Shown piece by piece: positions 25,637 through 38,512 of a DNA stretch of 64,000 nucleotides. The DNA is from Podarcis bocagei (taxonomy: Eukaryota), in assembly GCA_964188305.1 (NCBI GenBank), contig OZ076895.1; one strand, given 5' to 3'. How positions within the stretch are numbered: position 1 is the stretch's first letter; each line of letters opens with the position of its first letter. A program made the translations under genes and the position numbers. Under the pieces are notes generated by a model. It searched no databases. It was not told the origin of the DNA and saw nothing but the letters and a program-made list of their open reading frames with translations.

Positions 25637-26356
25637 CCAACCATTTAATAATCTTTGTGTGGATTTTGAAGCATCCCTTTTTCTGTGCAGGACCTAACCC
25701 AGCAAAGGAACCGGAACCAATTCACAGGTTTCCCTTGTTTGATTGGGACATGTTTCCATAAAAGTAACACTTGGAAGATATATGAAGAACAGTTTTGCTT
25801 GAAAATGAGATTCCACATAGAAACATATAGCTGTTTGGGGGGGGGGGATCATTTCCTCACTGATGTCAAAAGAATTTCAAAATTGTTGACAGTCAAGTCC
25901 TCAGCACCGAGTACTCTTCCTGAGGGACCTGCTTTGATTAAAACACAATTAACGCTAAACGTTTAATGAAGTGATTGTTTAATCATATGGATGACTTGCT
26001 AAATGTGTTTTCAGAGTTAGCAGCCTATAGCTGGAAGCTGGAAGGCACTCTTCAGGTTAAATATGGAAGCAATGGCGGGGCAGGTCAGGGCCTTGCTTAA
26101 TTAGTCAGAGAGACACAATAAAGACTGAAATGGTGAAATTCGTGGTGATACAATTATTCAAAGCCTGCCTAACAGAGCTTCATGGCATGCCTACATGGCT
26201 GAAATATTCTGCTCAGTCAAAGATTTGTTGGAAGGAAATTTTAGAAATGAGGGGAACACTCATCAAGAGAATTCAGCTTCACCTTTGATGGAATTGCCAC
26301 TCACAACAAGAGCTTGCTGCTCTTTTTAATGCATAACATAGCTACTAGTCACTATA

Positions 26357-26582
26357 TAGTGGTACCTCGGGTTACAGATGCTTCAGGTTACAGACTCCGC
26401 TAACCCAGAAACAGTACCTCGGGTTAAGAACTTTGCTTCAGAATGAGAACAGAAATCGTGTAGCAGTGGCGTGGCAGCAGCGGGAGGCCCCATTAGCTAA
26501 AGTGGTACCTCAGGTTAAGAACAGTTTCAGGTTAATAACGGACATCCAGATTGAATTAAGTTCTTAACCTGAGGTACCACTG
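26357..26582. mobile_element. Tc1/mariner (Tigger-like) MITE, CAGTGGTACCTC family
   Basis: TIR (c/t)agtggtacctcgggtta ... taacctgaggtaccactg, TA flanks; copies at 39241-39455 and 53396-53637. Confidence 0.8.
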
Positions 26583-26591
26583 TACTATAAA

Positions 26592-26978
26592 CTAAAGGCA
26601 AAAGGGGGAGGACCCCTGGATGGTTGAGTCCAGTCAAAGGCGACTCTGGGGTTGCGGCGCTCATATCACTTTCAGGCCGAGGGAGCCGGTGTTTGTCCAC
26701 AGACAGCTTTCTGGGTCATGTGGCCAGCATGACTAAACCACTTCTGGCACAACAGGACACAGTGACAAAAACCAGAGCACACAGAAACGCCATTTACCTT
26801 CCCACCACAGCAGCACCTATTTATCTATTGGCACAGGCGTGCTTTCAAACTGCTAGGTTGGCAGGAGAGGGGACAGATCAACTGGAGCTCACTCTGTCAC
26901 AGGGATTCAAACCGCCAACCTTCTGATCGGCAAGCCCAAGAGGCTCAGTGGTTGAGACCACAGCACCACCCGCGTTCC
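26592..26978 (-). mobile_element. Sauria SINE (Squam1), near full length
   Basis: tRNA-like head ggaacgcgggtggtgctgtggtc, diagnostic body gtcatgtggccagcatgact, ACCTTT-like tail. Confidence 0.85.
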
Positions 26979-27595
26979 TACAAATTAAAAGCACAGCCAC
27001 TGCCCACCAGATTGCAAGATTATGATGCTAGATTCATTCAAGGAGTGAAGAGGCACATATGGGAGATGTTCCCTCACATATAGCCCAGGTCTAAACTATG
27101 TGAGATTTTTTTAAAGCTCTTAAATACTAGGCTTTAATCTAGGTGCTCTTACAACAATAGTGTAACATGCTCTACTACTCTGGTTACTGCATTCTGGACA
27201 AACTGTAGTTTCCGGTCTGCTTTTAAGGACAATCCTACCTATTGCATTACACTACTAGTTAAGAGGTTATGAGGGCCTGTATAACTGTGTTTTTTGCTGG
27301 AGGCATCACTTCTGACATATCAGGTAAATAGATACAAAGCACTGATCATGGCTTCCAAAGAGCGGATGCAGATACAGGCTGCAAACCTGTTATTTTGTGG
27401 GCAGTGTGACTTCACCTAGAACAGTCACACACACCATGATCAACTCCATGTTTTTGATAAATCCCCTTCTGATCTCCTCCTGCCCTGTCCTATGGCAAAT
27501 TTCATCCAATTCTGTCCAATATGGAAAAGTTAAAGGGCTTTTAAAAAATATATATCAAATTTTAAAGATGACCAACACAAATACCCCTGGACCTA

Positions 27596-27869
27596 CTGTA
27601 TTTTTCGCCCTATAGGATACACTTTTCCCCCTCCAAAAATGAAGGGGAAATGTGTGTGCGTCCTATGGGGCGAATACAGGCTTCAGGAAGCTCCGCGTAA
27701 CCCTCCAGAGCCCGGCGCGGCTCCGGCACCACTCTGGGACCTGTTCTGGGGGCTGGGGGCGGGGGAAGCCCCACGCCTGTGGGGGGGGGACTAATTTTTT
27801 CCCCTTTATTTCCCCCCCAATCTAGGTGCGTCCTATGGGCCGGAGCATCCAATAGGGCGAAAAATACGG
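27596..27869. mobile_element. Tc1/mariner (pogo/Tc2-like) MITE, CCGTATTT family
   Basis: TA|ctgtatttttcgccctat ... atagggcgaaaaatacgg|TA; relatives at 41082-41232 and 45540-45792. Confidence 0.8.
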
Positions 27870-28530
27870 TATTTTTCTATCTCAGCAGGCTTTAGTCCCT
27901 CTGAAAGGGCCTGCAAATTTCAGCTAATTCTGCCAAAATGGAAAAAGTTACAACTTTTAAAATATCTTTTCCCGTAATAATAAGTTGGATGGGAATAAAG
28001 CTTCATTTTCCTGAAACAGATACAGCTTTTGACCCTGAGACAAATCAGGTAGTCTCCAAAGTGCTTTGGACAGGGGCATTTTCCAAAGCACCAAATCTGT
28101 GCTCCAGCTGAATATTGTGCTTAGTACACACCCCTACTTTGAGCCTATTTATTTTCCACTGTGTATTTATTCTCACATTGTGAAGAGAGGATATGTTGAA
28201 TTAGCACTCTTTAGCGCAAGATGATAGGGATACTCAGCATCATTTAACTTGAGGGCACTCAGTAGGTTGTTTCTATTAAAGTCAATGAATGCACATTAAT
28301 GTATGAGACAACTAATATGTGAAGTAGATAAAAAGCCTTAATACACTAAAAGCCACTCTTTACAATTGCTAATTGTTAGAAAATTGCAAGTATAATCAAA
28401 GAACGAAAGCAAACAAGATAAAACACTTAATCAAAGGGTTCTTAGGGCCACATCAACCATGACAAATTTCCTAAACAGGTTGAGATTTATTGTAAGATAC
28501 TGTGTGGGGAAATGCTTTTACATATGACAG

Positions 28531-29360
28531 TGTAACAATGCTAGAGTTCCCAAACCCTCAGACTGAAACAAGTCCCTAGAATCTGAGAACATGGATCTAA
28601 GCAGAAACGGCCATATCAGAGAGACTCTGGGGGTGGAAATTTTCTGTCTATATATAGTTAGATATTCTACATGCTGTGAAGTTGGTCAATGCCCACTCTC
28701 TTGGAACCCCACCACAAGAAACACCTTGGGAGTTAGAGAACTTGCCGCAACTTAGATGATTTAGCTACTACACAGACAATGACTATGTGTGGTGTGACAT
28801 ATAGAAAATGCAAGAGGTGTGATGAAGGTCATGTCTGGGGCAACCAGGATGCCTAAACCTACCAGGACACCTTGCTCAAAGCCACATGTGAAAGCTGCTG
28901 CTAGGAGAAATTGCTGTTGACATTTGTATATATTGGACTGTAAATGATGTTTAGCCTAAAAGAACCAGCCAGGACTGAAATCAGGTGAGAGAATCAGGGA
29001 GGCATAAAAGCAGAGAGAGAAACCTTCATTAAAGGGGGGAGTATGAGCACCAGGCATTTATTTCCCTGCTCTCCACCATTGCAAACCAAACAGCAGAAAC
29101 AATGTTGGGTGTCTTTGAAGACCAGATCTAGCTTCATTTTCTGGTGCTGTGGGAGAAAGACTTGTCCCCTGTCTAATCCAGAGGGATGGCGCACGATCTA
29201 CATATAGATCATTTGCTCTCTAGGTGATTTTATTATCTGTTTTCTGCTCCCTGTGTTATGCTAATGTGCTAAAATAGAACGATCTGTTCATAAACTCTTG
29301 ACCGGGCATTGCGTAATTTCATCTCCATTCAAGTGGGATCTAAAAGAACCTGTGGCTACT
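28531..29360 (+). mobile_element. Possible degenerate solo LTR
   Basis: Starts TGTAAC, ends gtggctac; TATA-like and polyA-like motifs near 29200 and 29275; no TSD found. Confidence 0.3.
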
Positions 29361-31069
29361 GTAATTGGCTTAAGGACAACGATACAGTTTCACTAGTAAG
29401 GGATTTTCCTATTTTGCTACATGTGCACATAATGTAGGCATGTTGAGATGCTGTGTCAAATTGTGGCTCCTCAGGGGAACCAGCAGCATATGCAGCTAAA
29501 CCAGAATGATTTTCATTATTACATGCACACAAGTGTTCTGTGTGGAAGATAGAAATTAAGCACATTTGAAGAATCCCTGACAGAATGAAATGATGGAATT
29601 TGACCTACTGTACGTCTCTCTCTTTAAGTGTACCCAGTGATATTGCCACCAAACAAAACTGACAAAGGAATAAATTATTCCTGCTTTGGCAGGAAACACA
29701 TCTAAGCATTTACTTAGGATGTTTCCAGACACTGGTTACCACTGCTGCAGAAGCTACAAATGTAAGGTCAAACTAGATTATATGTTTGCAGGACCATTTA
29801 CAAAAGATATACATCTACTAACAAATCACTGACACAATCAAAAAGTTATGCCTTTCCAAGACCTGAATCACAAAATGTGAGTATCTCCAAAAACAAACAA
29901 ACAAAAAACACTTGATACCAGAAAGGACTGACTTTCTTATATTCAATTGCTTTCTAATAACAGGTATGTATGTGCAGAATTCACTTAGTTTAAGACATTT
30001 AACAGCTTGTTCTTCATTTTGTGTATTTTAGCTACATTTATTGGCATGTTCATTGTTGCAGGAGACTGCTTTGCTGTCGCCATTAAATATTCACCAGTCT
30101 TTAAAAAAAAAGAAATCCCAAAGAAAGGTTCATTGCAGGAAAAGATTGATTACCCTTCGAATGCACAGCTATGGCAGAGACACTGGGTTGTTCCTAATGG
30201 TCTTGCTTGGCTAGAGGAACCCCAACCCTGTCAAGCAGATTAAGGCTGTGCAGAGACTGCCATGAAGAGGGGAGATAGCGGAAAATAGTTTCTCTTCTCA
30301 TTCCTTTGTCAGAAGCCTTACTGTCAGCTAAGGGACATTTATTATTTTCATCAGATCCTTTTATTAAATAAAAGAATTAAAGCTATGTCCACATAGCCCT
30401 AAATCATTCAGAAATTTACTTTGGTTTTAAATGACATCACCAGTGATGGCCAACAGTTATCATGCATGACATATCAATGCATTTGAACCAGGACAGCTCT
30501 CTCACACCCTTTGAATTTCTGTAGGTATTACTGGTTTCAGAAATAAATCTAACACCTTAGTTCCATCAGCTCTACTTGGAGAAAACTCATTAATTCAAAT
30601 GTGATTTCTTCCAAGCACATGTGCTTAGGATCATAGCCTTAGGCTGTCATAAGAGAAAAAATTAGACTTCACAAGTAAAAATTATTTTTTAAAAAATCAC
30701 CAAGCAGATATTGCAAATCCCAAGGTGAGGCAAGTGAGCTTTCAGTACAAAAGCGGATTAAATTCTGTATCTAAGCACAGAACTGAAGTCACTCAAAGGA
30801 TGTATGTGAGAGACATCTCCTCCCTGCAAAGGCTTGTTTCCCATAAAATCCTTTCTTGATTACTTGTGCGTAAATAGGTTGAGCTAGCTATGGGATTGGC
30901 GGACAGGGGGAAGAAAACTGACAACCAATCCAACAGAGATGTAGCCTGAGCAAGCAAATCTGTTTAAAGAAGAATCCTGCATGTCTTCCAAGAAGTTACT
31001 GGGAAATCCCGAAGCTGTCTTCAACATCGGATTTATTCATCCTAGATGGACGCAGCCCATGATACTTAC

Positions 31070-31174
31070 AGTTACGTTGCCATGTAGTGGGTGTTCCAAG
31101 GGCACAGCGGAATCCAGAGACAGGCCCCTTCTTGCCCAGTATTTACTGGAGAACATCATCATTGCTGGCTGCAT
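31070..31174 (-). CDS. TPH2: Tryptophan hydroxylase 2, exon 1 (coding part)
   Basis: [35 protein letters not shown]|gtaagt; PKA site RRGLS19 is conserved. Confidence 0.98.
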
Positions 31175-31235
31175 AGTGGCCTGTGCAATTTTCTCTCTCC
31201 ACAGCAGGGGGAAACTGGCTTCAGGTTTGCCTGCA

Positions 31236-31264
31236 GAGAGCTGTCCCCAGTTCCTGGTGCTGAA
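31236..31264 (-). promoter_or_regulatory. Bipartite (non-canonical) RE1/NRSE REST-binding site in the TPH2 5' UTR
   Basis: TTCAGCACC-aggaactgg-GGACAGCTC; canonical half-sites with a 9-nt spacer; a split NRSE is known at this place in mammalian TPH2. Confidence 0.85.
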
Positions 31265-31300
31265 CAAGGAGCAATCTCAGATTTCCCCCCTGGTGAAGGT

Positions 31301-31307
31301 TTTTATA
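31301..31307 (-). promoter_or_regulatory. TATA box of TPH2
   Basis: gcgTATAAAAacc about 130 nt upstream of the ATG and just 5' of the NRSE. Confidence 0.8.
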
Positions 31308-31737
31308 CGCCTAGGCAAGAACTGATGGAAGGCTGATTAGGAGAGCCTCGCTAGAGCTGGCACCTTTAAAGCCCCACAGCGGCAGGGAAATATTCTTTTC
31401 CACACACTGACCGTGCTCTCTTCCAAATGCAGGATATTAACTAGCAATCCCAGGCTGCTGGCTGCTTCTTCCAGATGCTCCTTTTGTCAGAAGTTGATAA
31501 GCTTTGAACGTTAGCTGCAATGTTTTTAATAACTCATTGCAGAGTTGGCAATGGGTTTCTTTGCCGAAGGACAGTGCAACAAACTTGGATAAAACGTTGG
31601 TACTGGAGTTTGCTATTTAAAGCAAGCTGGGGCGCTTATATCTGATGCTGCCATGAACAAGCAACGTATCACCCAGATCACTCCATCCCAGAGTAAAGAT
31701 TGCTGATATTTTACAAAAGGAATGAAAGGGGAAATCA

Positions 31738-31745
31738 ATTTGCAT
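31738..31745. promoter_or_regulatory. Octamer (POU-binding) motif in the TPH2 upstream region
   Basis: ATTTGCAT about 465 bp upstream of the inferred TSS. Confidence 0.4.
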
Positions 31746-34700
31746 TATGTTTGTCTGCCGCTTTTCACAGTGGCACTCTCGATAGCTATAGTCCGCTCCT
31801 CCAAATGATCTGAGGAACCAACTGATCTGGTCAATTCAATTAATCTGTGAAGATTAATGATGAAGTTGTACAAACAAGGCTGCTTCTCCACCACCTCTCC
31901 AGCTTGATTTGCCATGATCTGGCTACAAATGATAGCTTCAGTATGTCAATGAGAAAATTGACATTTTTAAAAAAGGGAGGGGGGTATAGAGGTTTGCCAT
32001 CAGTCATTATTAGACCAATGGCAGACTTTTACTACTTTAGGATTAGGCTACCTGAAATGTAAATTGTTATGTTATAATGCAAGCATGCCCATGCAAAATT
32101 ACCTTCCGTTATTGACATAAATGTAACACAGTCTGGAAGGGATTGGGGGTGAGGAAAGGTTATTTTTACTCATTCCCCACCCCTCTGGCAGCTCTCTAAA
32201 AGGCTGCTCTGGAGGCCTTGGGGATCCCAGAAAAACGTGAGAGGTGTGGAAGGTTACAGGAGGGAGAAATTGTCAAAACTGCCTCTCACATTACTGGCAA
32301 CAAATGTCTTACCTTTTATGACTGTTAAGTTTAACTTGTTGAATATGATCTTTTTTAATGAGGAAAACCATCCTGCACACTGTTTTAATAGGATAGACTG
32401 TAAATTTCAATAAATAATAATATAAAATAAAAATAAACTCTACTGTGCGCATAAAAATGCTTGCTGATGCCTTTAGAAGCTCCCAAACCTGCTGTCACAC
32501 TTAGTGTCTAGCACATTTCTGTGAAAGTAACTTACACCAGTTCTACTGAAACTTAAAAAAAAAACTTTTTTAAAAAAATCACAACTAAGATCTAAAGATG
32601 TATACATACATGCATACACATGGAAGCCACACCATGTAATGCTCTCCCCATTTCCAGCAGCAACACATGTAGATATTTATTAAACTGTGTGAGGTTCTCA
32701 GTATCATAAAATGGTATTTTATTCTATGCTCTGTGTACAACATAATGCAAATGCCAAAGCTCTATGAGGGAACAAGGGCAAGTGGTTCAAAAATTATTTC
32801 CTGTAAGCAGGAAATGAAAGCCTACAGCTGCTGGGCCTTGAATTGTTGGCATTTGCAGAATGGGCTCTTTAGTTATTAACTGATAAAAGATAAGCACTCC
32901 GGTGATATTAAAGCCAAGGACTGAAGAGATTTCACCTTCTGATTTATGTGCTCATAACTGAAAGTTGCGCCAGTTCTTTCATGTTCATGCAGCAACAACT
33001 CACCTCTCTCTTCTAAAGTGACCAAGTCCATATATACAACATTTGCTTTTAACTCATTTTGGATTTTGGTTTTCACCCCAGAAAGAGACATCTGAGAAAA
33101 ACAATCCATCACAAACACTAGGAAGGAAATTCTGGCAATTCCCCACAGAAACAGGAACACCCCTAAATCTGTTCCAGGGCCCCCACACCCTCTGAACCTA
33201 ATTTTGAAGAGTTGTGGGGTGCTGTAGATGAGAGGAAAGAATTGCCAAAAAATAATAATAAAAAAAATCACATCCCTCCCCCACATGCTGATGAATTCAC
33301 CTCTTGGGGAGAATTGTCACCCCTTAACTTAATAATTTCCTTCCACCCCTCCTGCAGCAACCCTGATTAGCCCAATTTACAGGCCAAACGAAGCCAAAAC
33401 ATGACTTGGCAAACACAGAGGAATTCCTAGAGTCCAGTCATGGTTTGGCTTGTATGTTGTCTGCACCAGGGCTGTGATCTCTCCAGGAACGCTCAAGTTA
33501 ATACTCAGATTAGGCGGCTGCCTTATAAAGATGACTTTCAGCAGGAACCCACATTGCCAAACACAATGCAATTCTATTGAAATCACTGAAACGGAAGTGC
33601 TTGGTTGCGTACACAGTTCCAATGATTTCAAAGGGACAAGACGATTCAACTCTCTCCTCATTTTTGCTACCTGTCAACTGCAAAGTGTTCTGCCAGAGGA
33701 AAGTTAGATAGCTCTTCACTGTATACTTTAAATCTGTGTGCAAATCACTGAAATCTAGGAAGGCTTTTCTCCACACAAGATTCTCTTAATTGTTTTAAAT
33801 GAAAAACATTAAGTAATTTTTGCATTTTATTTCATAATATGTACAATGGTTCTCAGGAAGAAATACAACTGAATCTATGTCAGATCCCACATTACTATAA
33901 AAATGGAAAGAATGGTATCATATAAGCGTAGAGTTTTCTCATATGTAAGTCATTTATTAAGGACAATGGGCACAATCCGCCATAAGAATCTTCCGTTCTA
34001 TCTGTGCCCTCCATGGGAGCTTATGCAGAACTACATGAGGGAAACACACCCAACATAATTAGTATTTTGCATTTATTTTTAACTGCTTTTATTTAATCAA
34101 GTAGTCTAGCATAAAGGCAGTAGAAGCCGATTTTTTTTAATCAGTTACTATACTATTCAGCAAAGAAACGTTATTCGTTAAGTAAGCGAGAAAGCCATTG
34201 TAAAAGTAATTCAGAATCTGAATATAGCCTTAAGAAAAAAAGATTTTCCAAAAATAGGCAGGTTTATAGTTATGTATTAAAATTTGGTCAAAATTGCCTG
34301 AATGAAAAGCCAAGTTTACTTAGTCAAAAATAGATTTATCCTTTAATACTCACAAGTTTGAATATGTAACTAATTTATACATACATATGTATAAGTGTAG
34401 AGGTGTTAAAATGTAAAAATGTACTGTTCAGCCAACCCCCTGGATTACAAAATTCAAGATCAGGGAACTGCACAAATGGAAATCTTACTTGCAAATCTAC
34501 ATTCAACAACCACAAATACTTAACAAGTGTTTTTGTAAACATTTGAGAAAGGACACAATCCTTTCATTTACAAAGCACTGTTTATGAAGTTAGCATCTTT
34601 TCACATAGGAAATAGTATAGAAGACTTTTGAATCTTACGATATCCAAGAACCATCCATGCTCAAGACTTCTCAAAGTCAAAGTGATACAGAAGCATTTAT

Positions 34701-35010
34701 TTCCATGCCATTCACATTCATCTGATTTCCATTTTACCAAAAAGGAAAAAAATGCACTTGGCTACAAAAGTATTAAGGAATGTTATCTGGGGGAGGGGGG
34801 GAAGGCTACTTTGGTAGAAGAAACTACAAAAATAATTAGGTCATGTTGTAAAGCTTTGATGTAAGAGTATTACAGTACATGATCTGCTTTCCAAATCTTT
34901 AAAGCTTAATCAAAACAAAAACTTAAATATCCACCTCAAGTGCTTGAAAGAAACAAAACAGGTATAATAAAGTGTCTCTTCAAAAATGCAGACAAATAAT
35001 TGTGCAAGAT

Positions 35011-35214
35011 TCAATCTGTCAGCACGGTGGGGGTCACTTGCTCAATACTTTCACTTGTTCCATTGGCAGCAGCAACAGGCTTGGAGATATTTGGATAGGC
35101 TGGTGCAGAGTGACTTATTCCACCAGCAGTTTCATCTTCCCCAGTGTCTGAATCTGGTGTTGTTGCAGCACTGTTCTCTAATCCCAAGATCTCACAGACT
35201 GCTTGAGGCAATTC
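35011..35214 (-). CDS. TBC1D15: TBC1D15 exon 17 (last coding exon)
   Basis: catag|ELPQAVCEILGLENSAATTPDSD...PTVLTD*. Confidence 0.93.
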   Translation of the reverse strand, partial: ELPQAVCEILGLENSAATTPDSDTGEDETAGGISHSAPAYPNISKPVAAANGTSESIEQVTPTVLTD

Positions 35215-35632
35215 CTATGAAGAAGAAAAAATGTGGCACAGGTTGCTCTTTTAAGTTGTTGCTGCTGTTCTTTAAAGTTAACATGCTAAGTACACAGGAA
35301 GCATATCCTTAAATGCATGTAGGTTTGAGCTAAAATATGCCTTTTCTTAATTCCAGAAGGAAAATATGTTCAATAAGCAGTTCTAGGATGACTAGAAAAT
35401 CCGTATCTTTTAAAATTGGTATAGGTAGATTTCACTTTATCTCTGGGCACAGTACCATTCTGAGTATTGCAGCAGTTTATGACATCATTATTTACTTCTT
35501 AAATTTGCATACCACCCTTCATTCGAAGGCATCATAGGCGACACACACCGTAAAGGGTTTGTTTCAATAATTATCAACCTGGTTAAATCTCATTTGTTTA
35601 TGCAAAGCTCATGAAATATGCTTGACTTTTAC

Positions 35633-35719
35633 CTTGCAATTTATCATCTGCATAGAAACGGCTTCTGCTTTGCAAAGTACATCTTCAACATCCATTTTCA
35701 TAGACAGTTCATTGATATG
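35633..35719 (-). CDS. TBC1D15: TBC1D15 exon 16
   Basis: HINELSMKMDVEDVLCKAEAVSMQMINCK; ag/gt flanks. Confidence 0.95.
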
Positions 35720-35874
35720 CTAAAAAGGAACAAAAAGAATGACGAAGTGCAACCAAAGATGGGGGAGAGTGTCACGCTAAATGCATAGCTTTCTGAGCCA
35801 CGGAACTTTGGCTCCTAGTGTTAGCATAACCTTAAGTAAAGAAATGCTAACTTGATTAATACACGTGCATAATT

Positions 35875-35930
35875 AGCATCTGGTTAAGATTGCAATATGT
35901 AAAGCATCTGGTCAAGATTGCAATATGTAA
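35875..35930. repeat. 28-bp tandem duplication
   Basis: agcatctggt(t/c)aagattgcaatatgtaa twice. Confidence 0.85.
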
Positions 35931-36536
35931 ATTATGTCTGCTACTTGGATTTGTAGTTCCTCAGCACTGCACCTCCCCAGGCTCAGGGGCAACCACCCAA
36001 CAAAACCACCATCTCTATGCAGCGATGCTGAGAAGAGTAGAAAAAGTCTGGAAGGGACTGCTATCTTCCTGCACAATCCTCAGTAGTCTAGGATAGTTTT
36101 GTCTTGAATTGTGGGTTGTTTTGTGTTTCTGTGTGGCCTCTCCTCACACCAGAACCTGAAGCCAAATCCCTTGGTCCAACTGGAGCTTCCTGTTTCTACT
36201 GGAATCCTCTGGCCTAGGGTAGCTCACTGATTAAGCACTTAAAACAGCCTCAGTATAAACAGTAAGTCCTCTTAGCTCTGAAAATCAAACAACCAGTCTA
36301 TATGCTGTATGAAAACTCTGCTTCATATTACTTTCTCTCAACTTGATGAGTTAATAAATTACTAAGAACTACTAACTAAGCTACACTGAGCATCTTTCAT
36401 CACAGTAGAAATGTGGCCGAGAATTAACATTTGTTCCATCTCACATAGGATTGCATAATGAAATGCTAATAGTATTCAAATACAGGAAACAAAGGATAAA
36501 ACATAATTTGGATCTAGAGTAACATGCAACAGATAC

Positions 36537-36653
36537 CTTCAGTATTTCATTGAAGCCATAATGCTTCTCCATAATTTGCTTCTTTTCGGATTCAAGGATA
36601 GCGCAACAGATGAGAAGGTGGAAGTTCTGACAAGGCAAGTCTGTCCACATTAC
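36537..36653 (-). CDS. TBC1D15: TBC1D15 exon 15
   Basis: VMWTDLPCQNFHLLICCAILESEKKQIMEKHYGFNEILK. Confidence 0.95.
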
Positions 36654-37034
36654 CTAGCAGAATATTGAAGTTGCTGATGAATCAAGAACTTGAACATGAT
36701 GCCACAAGGGTAAGGTACTAAAAGGTTTTAACAGTCTCCCCAAACACTTATTTTTCTGGCAACTTTTTCTGGGGGGGGGGGAATAGTTTTCTAACTTCTT
36801 ATATATTTCAGTAAAATTGCCAGCTAATTAAACTATTATCTAGACAGAAGAACATAATAGCTTGCTTAATAACTATCTATAATTAATTTCATGCTACAGT
36901 CTGAAGATCTTGACAAGGGCAAACGGTAGAGCTATGTCCTGATAGCATCTGTCACCCTCAATGAATTTCAGATATTTTGGGTGGATCCTTCAGATCTTCA
37001 TGCCTCACTGAAAATCAGGATCAGAAAACCAGTA

Positions 37035-37285
37035 CAGTCATACCTTGGAAGTCAAACAGAATCAGTTCCAGAAGTTCATTCGACTTCCAAAACATTCAGA
37101 AACTAAATCACAGCTTCTGATCGGCTGCAGGAAGCTCTTGCAGCCAATCAGAAGCCGCAGAAGCCCCATCGGACGTTTGGGTTCCAAAAGAACGTTCGCA
37201 AACCAGAACAATGACTTCCAGGTTTGCAACGCTTGGGAGCCAAAACATCCAGGTTCCAGGACTTTTGGGATCCAAGGTACGACTG
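37035..37285. mobile_element. Tc1/mariner (Tigger-like) MITE
   Basis: TA|cagtcataccttgga ... tccaaggtacgactg|TA. Confidence 0.8.
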
Positions 37286-38414
37286 TAGTATTCAAAGTGC
37301 AGTGGAATAAATGGGTTGATTGACTTAACAGAATTATTCAGGAATAAGTAAGTTTTCAGGACTCTTAAAACTGGAATATGGAAATACACTCTATACTTCA
37401 GAAAAAAGGAAATACAAACTCTGCCTACAGTGACTAGGTTGTATTTGCCAGGAAACTGGGTCTGATGCTACCAGTTGATATTCTGGGCAAGTCACCTTCT
37501 TAGTGGTAGCAAAAGTGATAGGCCCATGCAGTAGCAGATCAGGGAGTATTGGAGCAATTAAGTGGGTCCTAAGATTGTTATTCAGAGCTATAAGCCAGGT
37601 GTGGTTGTCTTCTTTGGGCTAAGGGCTGCACTGATCCATAACCAACCCACAAGAGTGGCAGCAATAAATATCTTTTAGAAATTTAATGGACAAATTTGCG
37701 GAACAGCCAAAAACCTTTTGGCATAACAGTATCATAGCAGGGACCTATAATTTAAAACATTACTCGTAATTTAAATTTTTTTAAAATGGAAACATTCGAG
37801 GGGGCTGTGAGGGACCTACAGAAAGCCTTTTGGCATCATTATGTAGGACCCATTGGAGTGGTCAATTAAAACACCATAACACATTATTATATTTTAAAGG
37901 TAACAAGTGGTGGAAGGAATTCTTGAGATGCCATGGGGAGCGCACATATGGCCCGTGGATTAGCCACCCTGTTGTAAGCAGAGACATTTCCTTTCACCCT
38001 GATATGCTTTGTGCATTTTCACAAGTTTACATGGTGTTGATAGTAATGAGAACTTGGGAACTATTATTCAATAGCACCTTATAAGATAGTGTGCATGCAG
38101 GAGAAAATCCTGAATAGGAATAAAAACATAACAGTTGTGAGGAATAAGGTGCTGCTAACTTCAAACTGCTCTCCCTTCTCTGGAGGTCCTCAAGCAGAGA
38201 TACGGCAACCATCTGTCAGATGGCATTTTAATTTTTAAATTAAACTTTAATTTAAATTAAACTTTGGAGTTTCTCCACCAAGCAGGGGATTAGACTAGTT
38301 CATCTACAAATGCTCCTCCAGTACTTAAGAGCAAACCAGAGAGGATAAGTCTCCCCTCTTAGTCAGCTATGAACTTTTAGGTGGGAAGTGCTAAAAGAAA
38401 AAGCTATTTCTTAC

Positions 38415-38512
38415 CTCCCATAAGCGAAGAATATCTTGAAAACTGAATTCTCTTTTAAATCTTATTAGAAGCCACCGGAAACAAAAATAAAGGTATCCTG
38501 AATCTTGAGATT
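38415..38512 (-). CDS. TBC1D15: TBC1D15 exon 14
   Basis: ESQDSGYLYFCFRWLLIRFKREFSFQDILRLWE. Confidence 0.96.

Noticed and set aside
31175-31267. In-frame 31-codon N-terminal extension of TPH2
   Set aside because: Starts at TTG next to the inferred TSS; the canonical [11 protein letters not shown] explains the protein
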